DNA of 64,000 nt from Trichoplax adhaerens (lineage: Eukaryota > Animalia > Placozoa), in NCBI RefSeq assembly GCF_000150275.1, contig NW_002060946.1:2003454-2067453 (forward strand). Direction: 5' to 3'. Shown here piece after piece: positions 57,575 through 64,000 of the stretch. Position numbers and translations under genes: made by a program. The notes under the pieces are model-generated. The model did no database searches and was not told where the DNA came from. It saw only the letters and a list, made by a program, of their open reading frames with translations. Within the stretch, counting starts at the first letter, position 1, and every line of letters begins with the position of its first letter.

Positions 57575-57900
57575 AGTACTGTACGGTTCTCAGACGGACG
57601 GAACATCTGGAATTTTGCAGTAGTTGACGGTACTGTACACTCATGTACAGTACTATAGTACAGTACCGTACAGCACAGTACGTACTGTACAGTAAGGCAA
57701 AATCAGCCCAAATACTGTACACTGTACAGCCCTCGCTTGCAAACAAGCAAGACGAGCTTGGCGTGAGCTTGCAAAGTGTTAAGGAAAGTCATCAAGCTTA
57801 GGTGAATTTTTTCCATGCAGATCGAGCTTGCGTAGCACTTTCCAATTGAAATTGGAGAAATTGTCAACTTATTTTAGCACACTGTACATATGTACATCAG
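57575..57900. promoter_or_regulatory. CTGTACAG/TACAGTA motif cluster upstream of MBD4 (probable promoter); a candidate non-coding first exon ends at the gtaagt donor near 57921
   Basis: Same motif vocabulary as 15477-16535, directly upstream of MBD4. Confidence 0.55.
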
Positions 57901-58358
57901 CTATTACTTCAACATCAAACGGTAAGTACTCTACTCTACTCGATAACATGCTGTCAATACCTTGATTGTAATGGGCAATTGAGCTGCAAAAATGCAAACG
58001 TCTGACCTACTCAGCCTTGGTTGATGCTAAAAAGTTGCTTAAAATGTTTATTAAGTTAATGCGTACCCAAGTACGTATAGAGTATGTGCGATTGTCGCAA
58101 TAAAGCAATGAATCACCATAATTTGATACATCATTCTGGCTAAATAATACAGTATTTACTAGTCATCAAATTGTATCAATACTGCATAGTGATAATTTCG
58201 TTCTTAATGTAAAGAACATGGTTTTGCATTGTTTGAGTCATCAAAGACTATTGGCAAACACCTTGCGGAGCTTTACGGGCATTACTGGCCTAATTTGTCT
58301 TCGTTTACTCTTTGATCTAGTGGATGGTGGGGAAGTTGACTTGAATTAAGCGTCGACA

Positions 58359-61121
58359 ATGCCTAAAAGTAGTTTGCCCAAAGGTTGGAAGCTATCTGGT
58401 AAACCAGATAATCCTAGGAATATCTACTTGATAACGTAAGCCAAACAATAATCTTCTTGTACTGTAGTTTGTAGTGTACAGTACAGTCAAAGCTGGGATT
58501 CGTCATTTCAAGTTTACTGCATTAGTCAAACGAATGTCCATGATTACAATAAATAAAATAAATTATTGCAAACAATTCTTTTTCATAGCAACCATAATTA
58601 TGATGTACACTTTGGCACAATTTTAAAATACACGTATTAATTATTACTTCTGGCATATTTCTATCCTTAGTTAATAATTAATCGAACTACGTACATGCTT
58701 CCAGTAATGTAAGCGTAAAAACAAAACTATTTGCATAATGATCCACTAATTTGAATTAATACAGACCAGATGGATGTAAAGTTCGCTACCCGAGCGAAAT
58801 ATGGCGTTATGTTGAGAGGAAAAATTTAAATTTAACGCCTTCCGATTTTGCATATTATCAACGGGTTACCGGTAGACAAATGATTTCCGACGATAAAATT
58901 AACAAAATTAAAGATGCAAACAATGGCCAGCAGGCACATTCGGATGAAAATGATGCTCATACCCGTAGAAGCAGTAGCCTTTCTATCGCAAAGGAAAGAT
59001 GTAAAGTTTTCAATGCAAAAAATAATAACGACAAGTTGGAGAGAAACACTACTACATCTTGTGATAGAATACCTACTGTTGTAGAAATGAGCAAAAATTC
59101 TGCAAGACTTCAATCCAAAAATAGGCAAAAGACAAAAACGCTAATGAATGACACGACAGTTAATGAAGAAGTAAATGAGCAAACAGCCATTGCTAGTCGT
59201 ACAAGACGTTCTATAAGAAATGTAAAGGTAGTGAATCATAGTATGACAACACAAATGGTGGAACTTTTAGAGGAAGATAATATGTTTGATGGTAAAGCTG
59301 TTAACCGCAAATCAGCTAAGTTGCTACTACATCCTATCGGCCAATCAAGTCCAGTAATTGCACACAGTAAGATAAATAAGGTACCGGTAAATACGCTTGA
59401 TAAGGTAATCGGAATCAAACAGCGTCTAAGGCAGTCGAAAGTAAACTTGTTAGCAACCAATAATGGATCTGTACGTATTAATAATAAAACTGCCAAACAT
59501 GTAATGATGCCTGTTGATGAAGAAACTAATATCACTGAAAGCAGCAATGCAGCCCCGTCTCAAACACGTCAAGATAGTCTGGGGCTACGAGACAGATCAA
59601 GGCTAGTTAAAACTTTTAAAGCAAAGGTCCTACAAGAAGAACATACAAGAAAGCTTGAAAAACCTGGCGATTTAGATTATAAAACAACATTCAAAACATG
59701 TGCAAATCAATTGTGTAAGATACCAAAAAGCAGCAGTATTAAAAATACGAAGCTTGATAACACTATACAGGTTAAATCTCCAACTATTCAATTGCGTAGA
59801 ATTTCAAATCGCCGGAATATTGCTATAAAGAATGATGATCAAATGGTTACTGTCAAAGCAGAGGTCATAAATAATTGCAAACAGACCGTAAAGTTGGAAA
59901 GGAAAAATATAATGAAGCGCAAATCATCTGTAAGCAGAAATGCAGACGCAAAAAAGATTAAAATAGCGAAGAGAAATAATAACATTACAAAAAATGTACG
60001 AGAAATTGCCTTGACCAATCTTAAGCTAAAACAGAGCAAGAATAAGTCAGCTAAATTAATTGGAAAGGGGAAAGTTAAAAAAATCGGGACTAAAGAGAAA
60101 ATGAAGAAGGATACTAAAGATTCAGATAGTATTCAAAATGAAGAAAATATTGGTAAGATAAGTAGCCTGAAATCACCAAAAAATAGAAGCCGTCAAATGG
60201 TCATTGAATCAGATGAGTTAGCGATTAAATCAAAATCTAGAAATCCTCGTAAAATTATTAATGGCAAACGTGTCCCTCGCCATATTAAAGGACCCAAATG
60301 GATACCTCCCAAATCTCCGTACAATTTAATTCAGGAAAAGTTATTTGATAACCCTTGGAAACTATTGATTTCAACGTTATTGCTGCACAATATAACAGGT
60401 AAGAGTAGCTAGCTTACAAGCTATTACTCTTCAATAGAATCTTTTAACGTTATTGCATTATCTGTAGTCGTAGAAAAAAAAGCTATTCCATTGCTATGGA
60501 AATTTTTTGGGCATTATCCCACTCCAGAAATAGCAAGTAATGCTAATTGGAAGGAAATGGCAGAGAATTTCTCTGCTCTGGACATGCAACATGATCGAGC
60601 CAAAATAATCATTAAATTTTCCGGTAGATTTATGTCGTTAATGCATGATTGGTATATTTTGAGGCCTTCACTAACTTTATTTGCCAAAATGGAAATTTTA
60701 GATGAATATATTAAAAAAGATTGGTGTTATCCATGTGAATTATTTGGTATTGGTAAATATGGAAACGATTCTTACAGAATTTTTTGCGTTAATGAGTGGA
60801 AGAAGGTATTGTAAGCTAATATAATATTTTGACGTAAGAGGTCATATTAATTTAGATTGTCATTTATATTACTTTATAATTGGCCTTATTATTTTCATCT
60901 GATCATAGTTAATATCTTGTATGTTTATCATCCAGGTCTTTCCCAGAGACTACAATCTGGTTAGGTATCATAAATGGCTATGTCAAAAATATAAATACGT
61001 TCCCCGTAAGCGACCTAACGTTACTTTTGATTATACTGTTGGAACTCATGACATAAACCTTAGCGAACTTAAAGATATGTTTAAACCGAGTTTGCCCGTA
61101 GAGTCAATTCCTGATAGCTAA
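58359..61121 (+). CDS. MBD4: Methyl-CpG-binding domain protein 4 (degenerate MBD, long basic linker, HhH mismatch glycosylase), exons 58359-58435, 58765-60398, 60474-60623, 60702-60805, 60936-61121
   Basis: MBD-like region LPKGWK...[33 protein letters not shown]. Glycosylase region [24 protein letters not shown]...[12 protein letters not shown]...[35 protein letters not shown] closely matches the recalled human MBD4 C-terminus. Confidence 0.95.
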
Positions 61122-62750
61122 TAAATTTTGACGCTTTCCAAGAAGGATTAGAGTTTTTCCAAGATTGCAAGATGATATCGTTTTAGAATAAAGTATTTTT
61201 TTAAGCGATACAGGTTAGTATGCTAACAAATACCTGTAAAAATTATCACTCTTACTATACAATGTTATAAACATTGTGTTGCAACTGAAGGAGACCATTG
61301 AAAGTTCAATAAAATTAGGAATACTACTTTTTCATGTTTATGCTTAATATATTTAGCTCTTTGTATGTAATTTATAAAATATATGTGAATACTGTGAGCG
61401 ATGACAGCTCTACATTTCAGTTACAGGAATCCTATATTGTGTTTGCATTAATAGAGATGTGATCCGATATATATATATTTGGACAAACTTATTCATCGAG
61501 AAAATGTTATATATATATTTTAACCAACTTTACTGGCAGTAACTTATATCTAATGACAAGGTCTATATTTTAACGACTTACATAAATATATTTCAATGTA
61601 CTCACCGAAAACATGCTTGTATAAGACAAAAAATGTTGTTTATATAATGTGCCGTTTTGCAAAATACGAAGGATCTGTAAAAGAGTACAAGAACTATTGA
61701 TTTTAAATCTTTCAACAAAGTAGCGTATTTACTGCAATAAACATTATATGATTAGTAAATACAACTAAGAGTTTTTACTCTAACGATGCTATGTTTTTAC
61801 TTTATTACTACATTCGTATGGGTAAATTTAATGTGTAAAAGTGATAATACAATATTCGGAGGGCTCTAGTACGTATGGACTTTAGGCATTAATCGTATTC
61901 AGGAAATTGGAATCATTTCAGTTGAAGTTAATACCCTTTTAACAATGTGGGTTAATGCTACATAGCGAAATGTATCGTAATCAATTAATAATAATTTAAG
62001 GCCCATACGTCTAAGAATCTACAAGATTATTCCAAGCGTCTTGAGTTCCATAAAAGCAATTATAATGTATTAATACAGCTTTCAATATCTGTTTGTCGAG
62101 TGTATAATCATTATGAAATATATAGAAAACACTCAACTGCATTATCTATCGCATTTTATTGAAAGGTTAGTAAAGGTACAGAAATAGACTCGTGCAATGC
62201 ATAGACAAATAACTGTTTAATGATATCTCTTCGCTGCATCATACTGTTTCGGATCAGTTCGAGTTCAAAATAAGCGACTTAAGACATGTATCGTATGCAA
62301 TGATCAAGTTATCAGATGTAATCTTCAATTGCTTAAATTGAACCAACGGAGCTATTCCATACAGTTACTTCATTGTAATAGAAAATATTTGAAATACGCT
62401 TATGATATTGTTACACCATTCGTGGTCAGTTATGGGATCCATTTCTCTTTCTGATGATTCATAGCTCAGGAGCAATCAGTGCTTCTATCCATGAATTACA
62501 GTATATCATGTTATATTCTGGTAAATGCAGTAGCAAATAATGTTTTTATTGGCTCGGCTTTCCGCTATTATACCTCATTAATGTATTAAAATAACTATAA
62601 CATAGCTTGGCACTGTGAACTAGTATCGCAATTTCGCTAGATATTACCTTCCCTTTAAGCACAATATAACCATTTTGTTGTAGATTTTTGGATTACCTAA
62701 TATAATCTACGATACACATATACATTCGCGCATTTGCAATACTTGAGACG

Positions 62751-63193
62751 AGTAATAATGTGATCTGTATTATAATTAGATATTTATAGACTTTATGTTA
62801 GCGCTATGTTGAATCGGTCGCGAGACTGTTGCTTAGCAGCGATCGTTGGGCTCAGATTGGTCACACCGCAGGCCGAGAATTAGCTGCTTGGTCGGAGATG
62901 AAGTTGTACGTATGGGAATATTTATGTTAAAGTTTTGTTCAAAAACTATGTTGACAAATAAGATAGGCCCGGATCGTATAAAAGGGTCTTAGAGAGAGAG
63001 CTAAAGTAGCCTTTCAGATTTGCTAAGTCGGGATTAATAGACTAACGTTCTACTATTAGCTATAACCTTTTTATTGCTAATATTCTGTAACCTTTTTATG
63101 TATGTAATAAAGCTATTCTTATCCTAAGGCACTCAGTCTCAGCGTTACTGTGAACCAGTAGTTCGGAATAGCTTAGGAGTAGCAATTATTACA
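62751..63193 (+). mobile_element. Solo LTR (443 bp) with a 5-bp target-site duplication, no evident similarity to the 37811 LTR
   Basis: Termini aGTAATAAT...ATTATTACA (inverted repeat, first base A instead of T) flanked by AGACG on both sides (62746-62750, 63194-63198). Internal TATAAAAG (~62977) and AATAAA (~63106). Confidence 0.82.
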
Positions 63194-64000
63194 AGACGAC
63201 AAATGATAGCTTCTTATTATCGCATATTAGCTAAGCATGTGTCCTAGCATTAGCAAAGAAGGTTTTGCACAATGAATAATAAATCGGTCAGAGTAAAATT
63301 TAACCAAAAGATGCAGTATTAACATATACGCGTATATAAATTTATTATGTATTTATACTCAATTTTGTAGCGAACATTGATGGACTCATAATAGCAATCA
63401 TACTTGAAATGCGAATGGGGTGATACAGCATATTCAATATATGAACTTAAAGAATTAATTTCAGAGAGTGTATTTACAGCGAATATCTATTATGGTACAA
63501 ATTTAATTTTCACTGCTGATTACCATACTATAGTTTAATCTCATTGAAAAATTCAAAGCAGTATTGCCATGGCTATTGGCTTTGTTATCATACTAAAATA
63601 TTGCCAATCTTTGCTTATTAATTCATATGATATTTGATGCAGGTATGATTAATAAAACGTCCACTAGGGCTTACTCTTGCCATTTGGCCAAAGAATGCAA
63701 TGACTGACTTTGTTGCTAAGGTCTAAATTTAAGACGTTCATATTGTATGGCGTTGCATATTGTTGGTGATAACTGTACACTGTACATCTTATAGTATAAT
63801 ATCAATATGCTGACCACTATATTGAATATCTAAAAGCTGAATTTTTCAACCGGGCATTCTGCCATTCTAAAAAAACCTAAAGTGGTACTGGTATAGTACT
63901 CTAAACTATCGCTGTTGCTTTGATGTTATGAATAAGATTATGGACTAGATCATTGCATGCATTAGTCTATTACAACTAAGCATCGGAGTCAACGACGATT

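Noticed and set aside
58832-60039. Minus-strand ORFs of 98, 103 and 66 aa
   Set aside because: They are antisense shadows of the long Lys/Asn-rich MBD4 exon.
62200-62470. Open frames downstream of MBD4 with vaguely protein-like content
   Set aside because: There is no convincing start, splice structure or recognisable motif.

Overview
AT-rich, intron-dense animal genomic DNA with one N gap (36201-36269). Short GT-AG introns, single-copy metazoan genes and TPR/COR (Roco-type) fragments suggest a placozoan such as Trichoplax; this is inference, not a database result. The left half holds conserved genes: SMKR1 (-), IFT122 (-), DENND6 (+), NOL9 (-) and a small unrecognised gene with an MGxC acylation motif (+). 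The right half is accessory: a solo LTR, three paralogues of an unrecognised ~800-aa multi-pass membrane protein with a signal peptide and Cys-rich ectodomain (two intact, one pseudogene), a mosaic TPR-COR-COR Roco pseudogene, MBD4 (+) with a degenerate methyl-CpG-binding domain, and a second solo LTR. The main points of interest are the orphan membrane-protein cluster, a consensus RFX X-box upstream of SMKR1 beside IFT122, the remodelled MBD4, IFT122-MBD4 linkage in the human orientation, and palindromic CTGTACAG/TACAGTA arrays near gene 5' ends. Gene models were spliced by hand; homologue comparisons are from memory.
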